Source of the DNA: Dehalococcoidia bacterium UBA6808
Lineage (GTDB): Bacteria; Chloroflexota; Dehalococcoidia; GIF9; UBA5629
Direction of reading: 5' to 3'
Length of the DNA stretch: 48,861 nucleotides
Assembly: GCA_002452695.1 (NCBI GenBank)
Contig: DKFA01000112.1
Coordinates: 50,832 to 99,692, forward strand
The notes below the pieces were generated by a model. It ran no database searches and was not told the DNA's origin. It saw nothing but the letters and a program-made list of their open reading frames with translations. This document shows, in pieces, positions 33,854 to 43,580 of this stretch (position 1 is the first letter of the stretch; each line of letters begins with the position of its first letter). Position numbers and translations under genes: made by a program.

Positions 33854-34960
33854 ATGGGAAAAATTAACGTAGCCATAATAGGAGTTGGGAACTGCGCTTC
33901 TTCCTTCGTACAGGGAGTGCATTATTACAAGAAAGCTAAAGAGGATGAGTTCGTGCCCGGCCTGATGCACGTCAACCTGGGCGGTTATCACATCAAAGAT
34001 ATTAACTTTGTGGCCGCTATCGATATCGACAAGAACAAGGTCGGCAAAGACCTGGCAGAGGCCATTTTTACACCCCCCAACAACACCTACAAATTTTGCG
34101 ATGTTCCGACAACCGGCGTCAAAGTCGTACGAGGCATGACGCATGACGGATTGGGTAAATACCTGGGCAAGATCATTGAAAAGGCCCCCGGCCCCACGGC
34201 CAACATCGTTAACATCCTCAAAGAGGCCAAGGCCGATGTGGCCATTAACTACCTGCCCGTGGGCAGCGAGGAAGCGACCAAATGGTATGTTGAGCAGCTA
34301 TTGCACGCAAACATTGGCCTGGTGAACTGCATCCCCGTGTTTATAGGCAGAGAACCCTACTGGCACAACCGCTTCCTGGAAGCCGGCCTTCCTGTAATTG
34401 GGGACGATATAAAATCACAGGTCGGCGCCACCATCGTACACCGCGTGCTGACCAGGCTTTTCCGCGATCGCGGCGTCAAGCTTGAGCGCACCTACCAGTT
34501 GAACTTCGGCGGCAATACCGATTTCTACAATATGCTTGAGCGCGAGCGTCTCGAATCGAAAAAAATTTCCAAGACTAACGCTGTTACCTCCCAGCTTGAT
34601 TTTGAAATGAATCCCGACAATATCCATGTAGGCCCCAGTGATTATGTGCCCTGGCTGCTCGACCGCAAATTTTGCCATATCAGGATGGAAGGCCGCACTT
34701 TCGGCGACGTACCGCTCAACCTGGAATGCAAACTCGAAGTCTGGGATAGCCCCAACTCGGCCGGCGTGGTTATTGATGCTGTACGCTGCCTCAAAATAGC
34801 CAGAGACCGCGGGCTGGCCGGGGCCATTGTCGCTCCCAGTTCCTATTTCATGAAATCGCCCCCCATCCAGTATTCAGACGACGAAGCCCGCAGGCGCGTT
34901 GAGCAGTTTATCAGCGGCAAGGATCAGCAACACCCGATCAGCTTGCCGGAATCGGCATAG
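33854..34960 (+). CDS. ino1: myo-Inositol-3-phosphate synthase (MIPS)
   Basis: [32 protein letters not shown] is the hallmark N-terminus of prokaryotic MIPS, and 368 aa is the typical length. Confidence 0.88.
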   Translation: MGKINVAIIGVGNCASSFVQGVHYYKKAKEDEFVPGLMHVNLGGYHIKDINFVAAIDIDKNKVGKDLAEAIFTPPNNTYKFCDVPTTGVKVVRGMTHDGLGKYLGKIIEKAPGPTANIVNILKEAKADVAINYLPVGSEEATKWYVEQLLHANIGLVNCIPVFIGREPYWHNRFLEAGLPVIGDDIKSQVGATIVHRVLTRLFRDRGVKLERTYQLNFGGNTDFYNMLERERLESKKISKTNAVTSQLDFEMNPDNIHVGPSDYVPWLLDRKFCHIRMEGRTFGDVPLNLECKLEVWDSPNSAGVVIDAVRCLKIARDRGLAGAIVAPSSYFMKSPPIQYSDDEARRRVEQFISGKDQQHPISLPESA

Positions 34961-35002
34961 CTGCAGGGAAGTTATCATAGATACGAGTTTCACATCTGAA
35001 TA

Positions 35003-36133
35003 ATGAAGATCGGGATTGTCTCCGCTTATGACTATTCTCACCCGGGCGGTGTTATCAACCACGTGTCCTATCTCGGCTATTATCTGCAGGCCAGAGGACA
35101 TGAGGTAAAAATCATCGCCCCCATGCACCGTAAGAACGCACGTTATTTCGGTGAGGATGTCTTGCCGGTCGGGAGACCCATACCCATCCCTTATGGTGGC
35201 ACTACTGCGCGCATACCGCTCTCGCCCTGGCTGCCTTATCAGGTCAACCACGTGCTGGAACGTGAGAAGTTCGACATCATCCATCTGCACGAACCTTTCA
35301 TCCCCATGCTTTGTCTGAGCATCCTGACGAAGTCCCAAACCGTCAACATCGGCACTTTTCATGCCTGCCATGACCATTCCGTCATGTACTGGCTGGGACA
35401 GCCCATTATGCACAAGCTTGGCAGGAAATTGCATGGCAAGATTGCCGTCTCAAAGCCGGCCCTCGACTATATCTCGAAATATCTGCCTGGTGAATACAAC
35501 ATTATTCCCAATGGCGTAGACACCAGGCACTACCGTCAGGATGGCCCTGTTCGCCAGGAGCTCAAGGATGGAAAGTTGAATATACTTTTCGTCGGCAGGC
35601 TGGAAGAGCGCAAGGGCGTCGGCGACCTGATACGCGCCTGCGCCTATGTGAAAAAGGAATACCCCAACTTCCGCCTGATCATAGCCGGCCCCGGTATCAG
35701 GCTGCGCACCTACTATGAAATGCTGGCCCGAACATTATTGGGCGACCAGGTGGTTTTCACCAGGTTTGTCCCATTCGATCAATTGCCCCAGTATTACCGT
35801 ACAGCCGATATCTTCTGCTCGCCTGCTAACAGCGGAGAAAGCTTCGGTATTGTGCTGCTGGAAGCCATGGCCAGCGGCACCCCTGTAGTTGCCACCAATA
35901 TCCCCGGTTATGCCAGTGTGATCACGCACGGTGAAGATGGGTTGCTGGCCACACCTTCGGATGAGCGTGCCATTGCCGATGCCCTGCTCACCATGATACA
36001 TGACAGCAAGCTGAGGCAGCGTATCATCGACAGGGGTCTGGTCACCGCGGAGAAATATAGCTGGGAAAACGTCAGCAGGCAGGTTGACGAATATTACAGG
36101 ACTATCAGCGACGGCTATAAAGAGGGTATTTGA
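35003..36133 (+). CDS. GT4-family glycosyltransferase, PimA-like
   Basis: MKIGIVSAYDYSHPGGVINHV and ESFGIVLLEAMASGTPVVATN (the GT4 EX7E region). Confidence 0.82.
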   Translation: MKIGIVSAYDYSHPGGVINHVSYLGYYLQARGHEVKIIAPMHRKNARYFGEDVLPVGRPIPIPYGGTTARIPLSPWLPYQVNHVLEREKFDIIHLHEPFIPMLCLSILTKSQTVNIGTFHACHDHSVMYWLGQPIMHKLGRKLHGKIAVSKPALDYISKYLPGEYNIIPNGVDTRHYRQDGPVRQELKDGKLNILFVGRLEERKGVGDLIRACAYVKKEYPNFRLIIAGPGIRLRTYYEMLARTLLGDQVVFTRFVPFDQLPQYYRTADIFCSPANSGESFGIVLLEAMASGTPVVATNIPGYASVITHGEDGLLATPSDERAIADALLTMIHDSKLRQRIIDRGLVTAEKYSWENVSRQVDEYYRTISDGYKEGI

Positions 36134-36733
36134 TTGTCAACTTTTCAGGATTTCCGTAAGAAACTGCAGCGTGGCATTACCGCTCCCCTGGTGCCTCTGA
36201 TCAGCAAGCTTAAACTGACCCCCGATGCCATGACGGTCGCAGGCATCTTGCTTAATCTGATAGCTGCCGCTGTCATAGGTTTCGGCCATGTGTTTACAGG
36301 TGGTCTAGTGTTCCTGCTGGCCGGGCTGTTCGATATGCTGGATGGCGCGTTGGCGCGTTACATGGACAAAACCAGCAAGTTCGGCGCCCTTTTCGATTCC
36401 GTTTCCGACCGCCTGACCGAAGCTGCAATTTTCATCAGCTTCATTTTCATTACCAGTGCCGGTGTTTGGCCCTACAATATCACCTGGGAGCTTGTACTGA
36501 TCATGCTGGCACTGACAGGATCATTCCTGACCAGCTATATCCGGTCCCGGGCCGAAGGACTGAATATAGAATGCACCGTCGGCATTTTCACCCGTCCTGA
36601 GAGAGTGATCGTGCTGACGCTGGGGCTGCTGCTCAACCTGGTCTTCGTTGCTGTGGCCATAGTGGTCGTTTTCTCCTGGATTACCGTTGGCCAACGTTTT
36701 TTTCACGTCTGGCAAAACACGCGGAAAGTATAA
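36134..36733 (+). CDS. CDP-alcohol phosphatidyltransferase (phosphatidylinositol-phosphate synthase-like)
   Basis: DMLDGALARYMDKTSKFGALFDSVSDRLTE matches D-x2-DG-x2-AR...G-x3-D-x3-D. The protein has 5-6 TM segments. The TTG start directly abuts the GT4 stop. Confidence 0.82.
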   Translation: MSTFQDFRKKLQRGITAPLVPLISKLKLTPDAMTVAGILLNLIAAAVIGFGHVFTGGLVFLLAGLFDMLDGALARYMDKTSKFGALFDSVSDRLTEAAIFISFIFITSAGVWPYNITWELVLIMLALTGSFLTSYIRSRAEGLNIECTVGIFTRPERVIVLTLGLLLNLVFVAVAIVVVFSWITVGQRFFHVWQNTRKV

Positions 36734-36848
36734 TGAGCAGTAGTCTATTTAAATTCAGCCTTCTTTTCTGATCAGCATGATAGTACTCATACTGGGCGGA
36801 GGCGCCCTGACTTACATTTGGAGCAAATGTTACCTGCGGAAGGCATAG

Positions 36849-36877
36849 TTGACAGTCCGTCAATACTATTTTATCAT
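36849..36877 (+). promoter_or_regulatory. Promoter for purA: TTGACA, 17 nt, TATCAT
   Basis: TTGACA at 36849-36854 and TATCAT at 36872-36877. The -35 is embedded in the small palindrome TTGAC-N5-GTCAA. Confidence 0.5.
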
Positions 36878-36924
36878 TAGCGTTTGTTTGCAAAATACAG
36901 GTATGCCCATTTCAAGAAAATAAG

Positions 36925-38208
36925 ATGTCAGTTGTAGCAGTTATCGGAGCCCAGTGGGGTGACGAAGGAAAGGGGAAGATCGTAGACCTTCTCGCGGAGA
37001 AGGCGGATGCCGTCATACGTTATTCCGGCGGAGATAATGCCGGCCACACTGTCATCAACTCCAACGGCGAGTTTAAACTGCATATTGTCCCTTCCGGCAT
37101 TTGCTACCCCCACGCCGCCTGCATCATAGGCAACGGTGTGGTTGTCAACCCCAGGGTGCTGCTGGAGGAAATGGACAGCTTGAAAAACAGAGGGGTTGAT
37201 ATCACAAATCTGCATATCAGCGATCGCGCCCACGTCATCATGCCCTGGCACATTCTGCTGGACGGACTGGAAGAAGAAGCCCGCGGGCAGAGCGCCATAG
37301 GCACGACCAGGAAAGGCATTGGGCCAGCCTTCGCCGACAAGGCCGCTCGGAAGGGCATACGCATGTGCGATATGCTCGATGCAGACACGCTCAAAAGCCG
37401 CATCCAGAACGTACTGGCCGCCAAGAACGATCTGTTGACCAAGATTTATAATAAACCCGCGCTGGACTTGCAGCTTGTTTTTGATGAATACAACGGCTAT
37501 GCTCAAAGATTGAGAGCCTTTATCAAAGACACGACTTCGATGATCAGCGACCTGGTATCCAGGGGCAGTAATATCGTCCTGGAAGGCGCCCAGGGAACGA
37601 TGCTGGACCCCGATTTTGGTTCCTATCCGTTTGTTACATCATCATCCCCGCTTGCTGCTGGTGCTTGCCTGGGGTCGGGCATCAATCCCCGCAGAATCGA
37701 CCGCGTGGTGGGCATTTTTAAGGCCTACACCACCAGGGTCGGCGGCGGCCCCATGCCTACCGAGCTAAAAGACAAGGTCGGTGAGTATATACGTGAACGC
37801 GCCCACGAATACGGCGCCACAACAGGCAGGGCACGACGCTGTGGCTGGTTCGACGCCGTGGTGGGACGTTACAGCACCGAGCTTAACGGGTTCACCAGCG
37901 GAATCCTTACCCGGCTTGACGTGCTGGATGAAATGGAGACCGTCAAGGTGTGTGTTGGTTACCAGATCGGCAGCAGGATAGTCGACCGCTTCCCGGCCGA
38001 TGTTGAGGCTCTGGAAGGCTGCCAGCCCATCTACGAGGAACTGCCCGGCTGGAAGTCTCCCACCAGCGATATAAGAGATGCTAAAAAACTGCCCGGCAAC
38101 GCCATGCGCTACGTTAAGAAGCTGGAATCGCTCATCGGCTGCCCGTTCCACATCATCTCCATCGGACCCCGCCGCGAGCAGAGCATCACGGTGAAAAAGA
38201 TCATCTAA
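36925..38208 (+). CDS. purA: Adenylosuccinate synthase
   Basis: VIGAQWGDEGKGKIVD, GGDNAGHT and GTTRKGIGPAF. Confidence 0.96.
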   Translation: MSVVAVIGAQWGDEGKGKIVDLLAEKADAVIRYSGGDNAGHTVINSNGEFKLHIVPSGICYPHAACIIGNGVVVNPRVLLEEMDSLKNRGVDITNLHISDRAHVIMPWHILLDGLEEEARGQSAIGTTRKGIGPAFADKAARKGIRMCDMLDADTLKSRIQNVLAAKNDLLTKIYNKPALDLQLVFDEYNGYAQRLRAFIKDTTSMISDLVSRGSNIVLEGAQGTMLDPDFGSYPFVTSSSPLAAGACLGSGINPRRIDRVVGIFKAYTTRVGGGPMPTELKDKVGEYIRERAHEYGATTGRARRCGWFDAVVGRYSTELNGFTSGILTRLDVLDEMETVKVCVGYQIGSRIVDRFPADVEALEGCQPIYEELPGWKSPTSDIRDAKKLPGNAMRYVKKLESLIGCPFHIISIGPRREQSITVKKII

Positions 38209-38244
38209 AGATTGATGTCCCTATTGACTCTGCAGATCAATCTT
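38208..38244. other. 9-bp inverted repeat spanning the 12-bp convergent purA/dapA junction
   Basis: AAGATTGAT (38208-38216) pairs with ATCAATCTT (38236-38244) around a 19-nt loop. The right arm lies inside the dapA 3' coding end. Confidence 0.3.
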
Positions 38245-39114
38245 ATATTTTTTCAAGGTCGCTTCGATAACCTCACGGGTCTTCTCATCCGGCTCAGTCA
38301 ACGGCAGACGGGGCTTGCCTACCCTGAATCCAATATAATTTAATGCATATTTGATCGGCATGGGATTGCCCACCATGAACATGGCATTGACCAGCGGTAT
38401 GAAGCTGCGATGCAGCCCGGCCGCCTCTACGCTCTTTCCCGTCATCATGCAGTCGATCATTCGGTGGTACTGTCTGCCGATCAGATGCGTGATTACGCCG
38501 ATCACACCATAACCACCCAAGCCCATCACGCCGAGTGTATCGCCATCATTTCCGCTGTAAACGATGAAGTCCGTGTCTACTCCATCAATAATCCTGGCAA
38601 TCTGCGTGAAATCGCCGCTGGCCTCTTTTACCCCGACGATGTTATCGATCTTACTCAGCTTGATCGTGGTTTCGGCCGACATATTGGTTACCGTGCGGGA
38701 AGGCACATTATATAAGATGCATGGCAGCTTGGTTTTGACGGCAATGGCTTTAAAATGCTGGTAAAGGCCGTCCTGCGTGGGTTTACTATAATAAGGCACC
38801 GTCAACAGGCAGGCATCAACGCCGGTCTTCTCTGCCTCGCGTGTCAGCTCAATGCTTTCAAGTGTATTGTAGTTGCCGGTTCCGGCTACTATGGTGGCCT
38901 TTTTATCCACGGCCGACCTGATCTCGGCAAACAGGCGCAGCTTCTCAGCAGTGGAAAGGGTAGGGCTTTCCCCTGTAGTACCGCTCACCACCAGGCCGTC
39001 GCTGCCTGCAGCCAGCAGCGCTTGAGCCAGCTTCCTGGCCTGTGCATAATCCACCTGCCCCTTCGCATCAAAGGGTGTGACCATAGCTGTCAGTAAACGT
39101 CCGAACTTCTTCAT
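38221..39114 (-). CDS. dapA: 4-hydroxy-tetrahydrodipicolinate synthase
   Basis: FGRLLTAMVTPF...GSDGLVVSGTTGESPTLS...YNVPSRT. I prefer ATG 39114, 9 nt after GGAGAGG, because the track's GTG 39123 is part of the SD. Confidence 0.93.
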   Translation of the reverse strand: MKKFGRLLTAMVTPFDAKGQVDYAQARKLAQALLAAGSDGLVVSGTTGESPTLSTAEKLRLFAEIRSAVDKKATIVAGTGNYNTLESIELTREAEKTGVDACLLTVPYYSKPTQDGLYQHFKAIAVKTKLPCILYNVPSRTVTNMSAETTIKLSKIDNIVGVKEASGDFTQIARIIDGVDTDFIVYSGNDGDTLGVMGLGGYGVIGVITHLIGRQYHRMIDCMMTGKSVEAAGLHRSFIPLVNAMFMVGNPMPIKYALNYIGFRVGKPRLPLTEPDEKTREVIEATLKKYKIDLQSQ

Positions 39115-39128
39115 CGCTATCACCTCTC

Positions 39129-40157
39129 CTATTTTGCCTGCTTGACCCAGTCGTTTTTTATAGCTTCCTCAGCAATCTGCACAGCATTAAGGGCAGCTCC
39201 CTTGCGGATATTATCCGCAACCACCCACATTACCAGGCCGTTGAGATAGGATGCATCTGACCTGATCCTGCCGACATAGACGTCATCCGTTCCGGCAGCC
39301 AGCCAGGGCTGCGGGTAAAGGCTCACATTAGGATCATCCAGCACTTTTATGCCCGGTGACTTGCTGAGAATAGCACGAGCATCTTCCGGCGACATATATT
39401 CTGTAAATTCGACCTGCACGACTTCGCTGTGGCTGACAAAGACCGGCACTCTGACGCAGGTGGCTGATATGGCGATGCTCTCGGCGTGCATGATCTTGCG
39501 GGTCTCTTCGACCATCTTCCATTCTTCCTTGGTATAGCCATTCTCCAGGAAAACGTCGATCTCAGGCAGGAGATTGAAGGCAATCTGGTGGGCATAAACG
39601 TGCGGGACCACGTTACCTCCCTCCAGCACTGTCCTGGTCTGCTTGGTCAGCTCCTCCACTGCAGCCAGTCCGGTTCCTGACACGGACTGATACGTAGCAA
39701 CCACGACGCGTTTGATCTGGTTAATCTTGTGAAGCGGGTTAAGGGCAACCACCATCTGGATAGTAGAGCAGTTGGGATTGGCAATGATACCCCTGTGTTT
39801 TTTAATATCTTCCACGTTAATCTCGGGCACTACCAGCGGCACACGCGGATCCATACGCCAGGCTGCGCTGTTGTCGATGACCAGTGCGCCCGCCTTGGCT
39901 GCAATAGGTGCGAAGTGCTTGCTGATATCCGCGCCGGCGGAGAACAGGGCAATATCCACGTTATCGAAAGAATCGTTGGCGGTTTCTTTAACCACAATCT
40001 CCTGATGGCCCACGAACAGCTTCCTGCCCGCCGACCTGTCAGAGGCGTATAAGAGGATATTTTTTGCCGGGAATTTCCTCTGCAGGAGAACTTTTATGAA
40101 CTCCTGCCCCACCATGCCGGTGGCGCCAACGATAGCTACATTGTAACCATTGCTCAT
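39129..40157 (-). CDS. asd: Aspartate-semialdehyde dehydrogenase
   Basis: VAIVGATGMVGQEF, IIANPNCSTIQ (active-site Cys) and SGTG. Confidence 0.94.
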   Translation of the reverse strand: MSNGYNVAIVGATGMVGQEFIKVLLQRKFPAKNILLYASDRSAGRKLFVGHQEIVVKETANDSFDNVDIALFSAGADISKHFAPIAAKAGALVIDNSAAWRMDPRVPLVVPEINVEDIKKHRGIIANPNCSTIQMVVALNPLHKINQIKRVVVATYQSVSGTGLAAVEELTKQTRTVLEGGNVVPHVYAHQIAFNLLPEIDVFLENGYTKEEWKMVEETRKIMHAESIAISATCVRVPVFVSHSEVVQVEFTEYMSPEDARAILSKSPGIKVLDDPNVSLYPQPWLAAGTDDVYVGRIRSDASYLNGLVMWVVADNIRKGAALNAVQIAEEAIKNDWVKQAK

Positions 40158-40159
40158 AA

Positions 40160-40963
40160 TCAGTCTCCCAAATCTAGAAGTGTTTCCAAACCTACAACCA
40201 GCCCGCGACGCTTGACAACCTCTTTAATGGCAAGCATTACGCCCGGCATGAAGCTCTCCCTATTGATCGTATCGTGCCGTAGCACCAGCGTCTGCCCCAG
40301 GGCGCCGAAAATTACTTCCTGGCTGGCAACCATCCCCGGCACACGCACGCTGTGAATGGATATGCCGTCCTTCTGCCCGCCTCGTGTGCCTTTGAGCGTT
40401 TCTTTCTCGGTCGGTGGGATTATAAACGGCCTGCCCCTTGCTTTCAGCATGGCCTCAGCCGTGGCCAGCGCTGTGCCTGAAGGGGCATCGATCTTCTTAT
40501 CGTGGTGTAGCTCGATAATCTCAGCGTTATCAAAATATTTGGCCGCTATTTTCGCAAGGTGTATCAGTATGACAGCCCCTATAGAGAAGTTGGCTGCAAC
40601 GATGGCCCCTTTCTGATATCTGATAGCCAGTTGACCGATCTCCTTGATCTCGGCAGCAGTCACGCCCGTGGTGCCGATCACCATATTCGAACCGTTCTTA
40701 AGGGCCAGCCTGGCTGAATTTATGGCAGCTCCGGCTACTGTAAAATCAACCACCACGTCGGGATGATACATCTCGATTAGAGCAGTCAGGTTGGAATGCA
40801 GGGGTATTTTTTGGGCATGCCCGGGCAAGACTACATATTCCTTGTCCGCCTTTATGTCAGAGGCACAGGTCAAGCTGAAAGAGGGATCAGCAATTACAGC
40901 GCTCATCACCTGCTGTCCCATTCTGCCTAGCGCTCCGTTGACTGCTACTGTGATCTGAGACAT
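40160..40963 (-). CDS. dapB: 4-hydroxy-tetrahydrodipicolinate reductase
   Basis: ITVAVNGALGRMGQQV and ELHHDKKIDAPSGTA (the DapB E-x-HH-x-K-x-DAPSGTA motif). Confidence 0.94.
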   Translation of the reverse strand: MSQITVAVNGALGRMGQQVMSAVIADPSFSLTCASDIKADKEYVVLPGHAQKIPLHSNLTALIEMYHPDVVVDFTVAGAAINSARLALKNGSNMVIGTTGVTAAEIKEIGQLAIRYQKGAIVAANFSIGAVILIHLAKIAAKYFDNAEIIELHHDKKIDAPSGTALATAEAMLKARGRPFIIPPTEKETLKGTRGGQKDGISIHSVRVPGMVASQEVIFGALGQTLVLRHDTINRESFMPGVMLAIKEVVKRRGLVVGLETLLDLGD

Positions 40964-40993
40964 GCTTATACCTCGATGGGTGATTGGGCAGCT

Positions 40994-43213
40994 TTAATCA
41001 TGCTTGCGCGGCGGCCTGCTGCGATGCTCGTCCCGCGGCCCCCTGCTATGCCCGCCGCTGAAACCGCCGGGACGCCTGGGTGGACTGGAAGATCTATCAT
41101 CTCCAATTCTGGCTGGCGTTGAGCCGCCAGAGTCTCCTGTGAAAACGACCTTACGCGATAGATTGATGCGTCCGAGCCGATCGATTTCAGTCACCTTGAC
41201 CATGATCTCATCACCTACCTTGACCACATCTTCCACCTTGGCCACATGGTGCTCTGCCAGCTCGCTGATATGTACGAGCCCTTCCTTGCCGGGAAGGACT
41301 TCCACAAACGCTCCGAAATTCTGCAGGCGGGTCACCTTACCGGTATAGATCGCGCCAACTTCCACGTCCTGCGTCAAGCCTTCCACTTTGTGTATAGCTG
41401 CTTGCGCCTGTTCCTCATTAGCCGAACCTATCACGACAGTGCCGTCGTTGGAGACCTCGATGGTCGTTTTGGTCTCTTCAATAATGGCTTTGATGTTCTT
41501 GCCGCCGGGGCCGATCAATGCGCCTATCTTACCTGGGTCGATGGTAATGCGATACATCCTGGGCGCATACTTGCTCAGGTTGGGCCTTACTTCAGCGATA
41601 GTCCCCTTGATCACTTCCATAATTATTTTATGGGCTTCCAGCGCCTGCATGGTCGCTTTGGCCAGTATTTCCTGCCGGATACCCTTCAACTTGATATCAA
41701 GCTGTATGGCCGTGATGCCGTCCAGAGTACCGGCAACCTTGTAATCCATATCGCCGTAAAAATCTTCCATGCCCTCGATGTCAGTGAGCACGATATAGTT
41801 ATCGGGGTTATTATTGTCGGTGACCAGGCCCATGGCGATGCCCACCACCGGCGCCTTAATCGGCACGCCGGCATCCATCAACGATAGCGTAGAAGCGCAG
41901 ACACTGGCCATAGAAGTACTGCCGTTGGAGCCGATCACCTCAGAAACCAGCCTGATAGCATAGGAAAAAACAGCTTCATCCGGAATAACCGGAGTCAATG
42001 CCTTGTGCACCAGTGCCCCATGACCGATCTCCCTGCGCCCGACGGATCCCAGCCTCTTGACCTCGCCGGTCGAATAGGGAGGGAAGTTGTAGTGGTGCAT
42101 GAAGCGGCGTGTTTCCTCCAGTCCCAGGTCGTCTACAGTTTGACCCTGGCCTATTGAGCCAAGGGTGGTAATGGTCAGCACCTGCGTCTGGCCGCGCTGG
42201 AAAAGCCCTGAGCCGTGTGTACGGGGTAGCAGCCCTACCTCGGCGCTCAGGGGACGTATCTGCGTTATCTCACGCCCGTCCAGGTGTTTGCGGGTGGCCA
42301 GTATCTTTTTACGGGCAACTTTTTTCTGCACTTCGTCCAACGCAGCATGAATATCCGCCTCGGCATAAGTTTCCTTGAACTTCGCTTTGGCCTCAGCTTC
42401 TATCGCAGCCAGATCAGCCTGGCGTTTGCTTCTATCGGAAGTATCCATGGCCGCGTAAATTTTTTCGTTGAAATCGTTATACAGGGCAACTAACAGGTCC
42501 TGATTGAAGCCTGCGCCGGCATTCTCGCGCTTGGGCTTGCCGATGGCGGCCTTCATATCATCCTGCAGCTTGATGATCTTCTGGTTTTCCTCATGAGCCA
42601 GCTTAACAGCTTCGAGATAAATCTCCGGAGCGATTTCTTTGCATCCTGCCTCGACCATCACGATGTTATCTCGGCTGCTGGCGACCACCAGATCGAGCTG
42701 GCTGTCGTTCATCTGCGGCAGTAGAGGGTTGAGCACGTACTTACCGTCGAGGTAGCCGACCCTGGTGGCGCCGATAGGTCCGTCGAAAGGAATGGAGGAC
42801 ACAGTCAGGGCTGCTGACGCGCCGATCACAGCCACAACATCCGGATCGTTTTCCTGGTCGGTGGATAGGATGGTAACGACGATCTGAATATCGTTGGGCA
42901 GGCTCTTTGAAAAGAGCGGCCTGATCGAGCGGTCGCACAGGCGGGCGGCCAGAATGGCCTGTTCGCCGGGACGGCCCTCGCGCCTCATGAAACTTCCGGG
43001 GATTTTACCTACAGCATAGTGCCGTTCTTCGTAATCAACGGTAAGGCGGACAAAATCGCTGCCCTCCTTGATTTCCTCGCTAATGCATGCGGTGACCAGT
43101 ACAACAGTATCACCGTACCGTACAACAACAGAGCTATCTGCCTGTTGGGCGAGCTTGCCGGTCTCGATGATAAGGTCTCTGTCCCCGATATTTGCCTTAA
43201 AAACTTGGGGCAT
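40994..43213 (-). CDS. pnp: Polyribonucleotide nucleotidyltransferase (PNPase) with an Arg/Gly/Pro-rich C-terminal tail
   Basis: Two RNase PH-like halves, a KH domain (IGPGGKNIKAI) and an S1 domain (IYTGKVTRLQNFGAFVE). These are followed by about 50 aa of GGS..RRPGGFSGGHSRGPRDEHRSRPPRKHD. Confidence 0.96.
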   Translation of the reverse strand: MPQVFKANIGDRDLIIETGKLAQQADSSVVVRYGDTVVLVTACISEEIKEGSDFVRLTVDYEERHYAVGKIPGSFMRREGRPGEQAILAARLCDRSIRPLFSKSLPNDIQIVVTILSTDQENDPDVVAVIGASAALTVSSIPFDGPIGATRVGYLDGKYVLNPLLPQMNDSQLDLVVASSRDNIVMVEAGCKEIAPEIYLEAVKLAHEENQKIIKLQDDMKAAIGKPKRENAGAGFNQDLLVALYNDFNEKIYAAMDTSDRSKRQADLAAIEAEAKAKFKETYAEADIHAALDEVQKKVARKKILATRKHLDGREITQIRPLSAEVGLLPRTHGSGLFQRGQTQVLTITTLGSIGQGQTVDDLGLEETRRFMHHYNFPPYSTGEVKRLGSVGRREIGHGALVHKALTPVIPDEAVFSYAIRLVSEVIGSNGSTSMASVCASTLSLMDAGVPIKAPVVGIAMGLVTDNNNPDNYIVLTDIEGMEDFYGDMDYKVAGTLDGITAIQLDIKLKGIRQEILAKATMQALEAHKIIMEVIKGTIAEVRPNLSKYAPRMYRITIDPGKIGALIGPGGKNIKAIIEETKTTIEVSNDGTVVIGSANEEQAQAAIHKVEGLTQDVEVGAIYTGKVTRLQNFGAFVEVLPGKEGLVHISELAEHHVAKVEDVVKVGDEIMVKVTEIDRLGRINLSRKVVFTGDSGGSTPARIGDDRSSSPPRRPGGFSGGHSRGPRDEHRSRPPRKHD

Positions 43214-43237
43214 ATTAAAACCTTCTATATTTATTTC

Positions 43238-43501
43238 TTATTTGCGCAAACCGAGCTTGCTGATAAGATCCCTGTAACGGTTGATGTCTTCTCTGCTCAG
43301 ATAGGCCAGTAAACGCCTGCGCCTGCCGATAATCTTGAGAAGAGAACGACGGGTGTTCTGGTCATGTGAATGGGCTTTCAGATGGCTGGATAACTGGTTT
43401 ATCCTTTCGGTCAGCACGGCTATCTGCACATCAGAGGAACCGGTGTCTTTCTCATGCAGCGCATATGTTTTCATTATTGTGGCTTTTTTCTCAGTGTCCA
43501 A
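43238..43501 (-). CDS. rpsO: 30S ribosomal protein S15
   Basis: [53 protein letters not shown]. The TTG start has AGGAG 7 nt upstream, and the gene ends 24 nt upstream of pnp. Confidence 0.94.
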   Translation of the reverse strand: MDTEKKATIMKTYALHEKDTGSSDVQIAVLTERINQLSSHLKAHSHDQNTRRSLLKIIGRRRRLLAYLSREDINRYRDLISKLGLRK

Positions 43502-43547
43502 CGCCTTACTCCTGTTGTGTATAAAACTCTCTCAATTATAACGCATG

Positions 43548-43577
43548 ATTATATCACAGCACGGTAATCTTGTGTAA
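43548..43577 (-). promoter_or_regulatory. Candidate rpsO-pnp promoter (minus strand): TTACAC, 18 nt, (TGa)TATAAT
   Basis: The reverse complement gives TATAAT from 43548-43553, with TG from 43555-43556, and TTACAC from 43572-43577. Confidence 0.45.
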
Positions 43578-43580
43578 TAC

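Noticed and set aside
36681-36893. 70-aa minus-strand ORF in the gap between the PIP-synthase-like gene and purA
   Set aside because: It overlaps the 3' end of the transferase gene and the purA promoter. It has no SD and its composition does not look like coding sequence.
36878-36900. AGCGTTTGTTTGCAAAA downstream of the purA -10 box as a possible PurR box
   Set aside because: It contains only one GTTTGC half-site and lacks the palindromic GCAAAC-GTTTGC arrangement, so it does not support an operator call.
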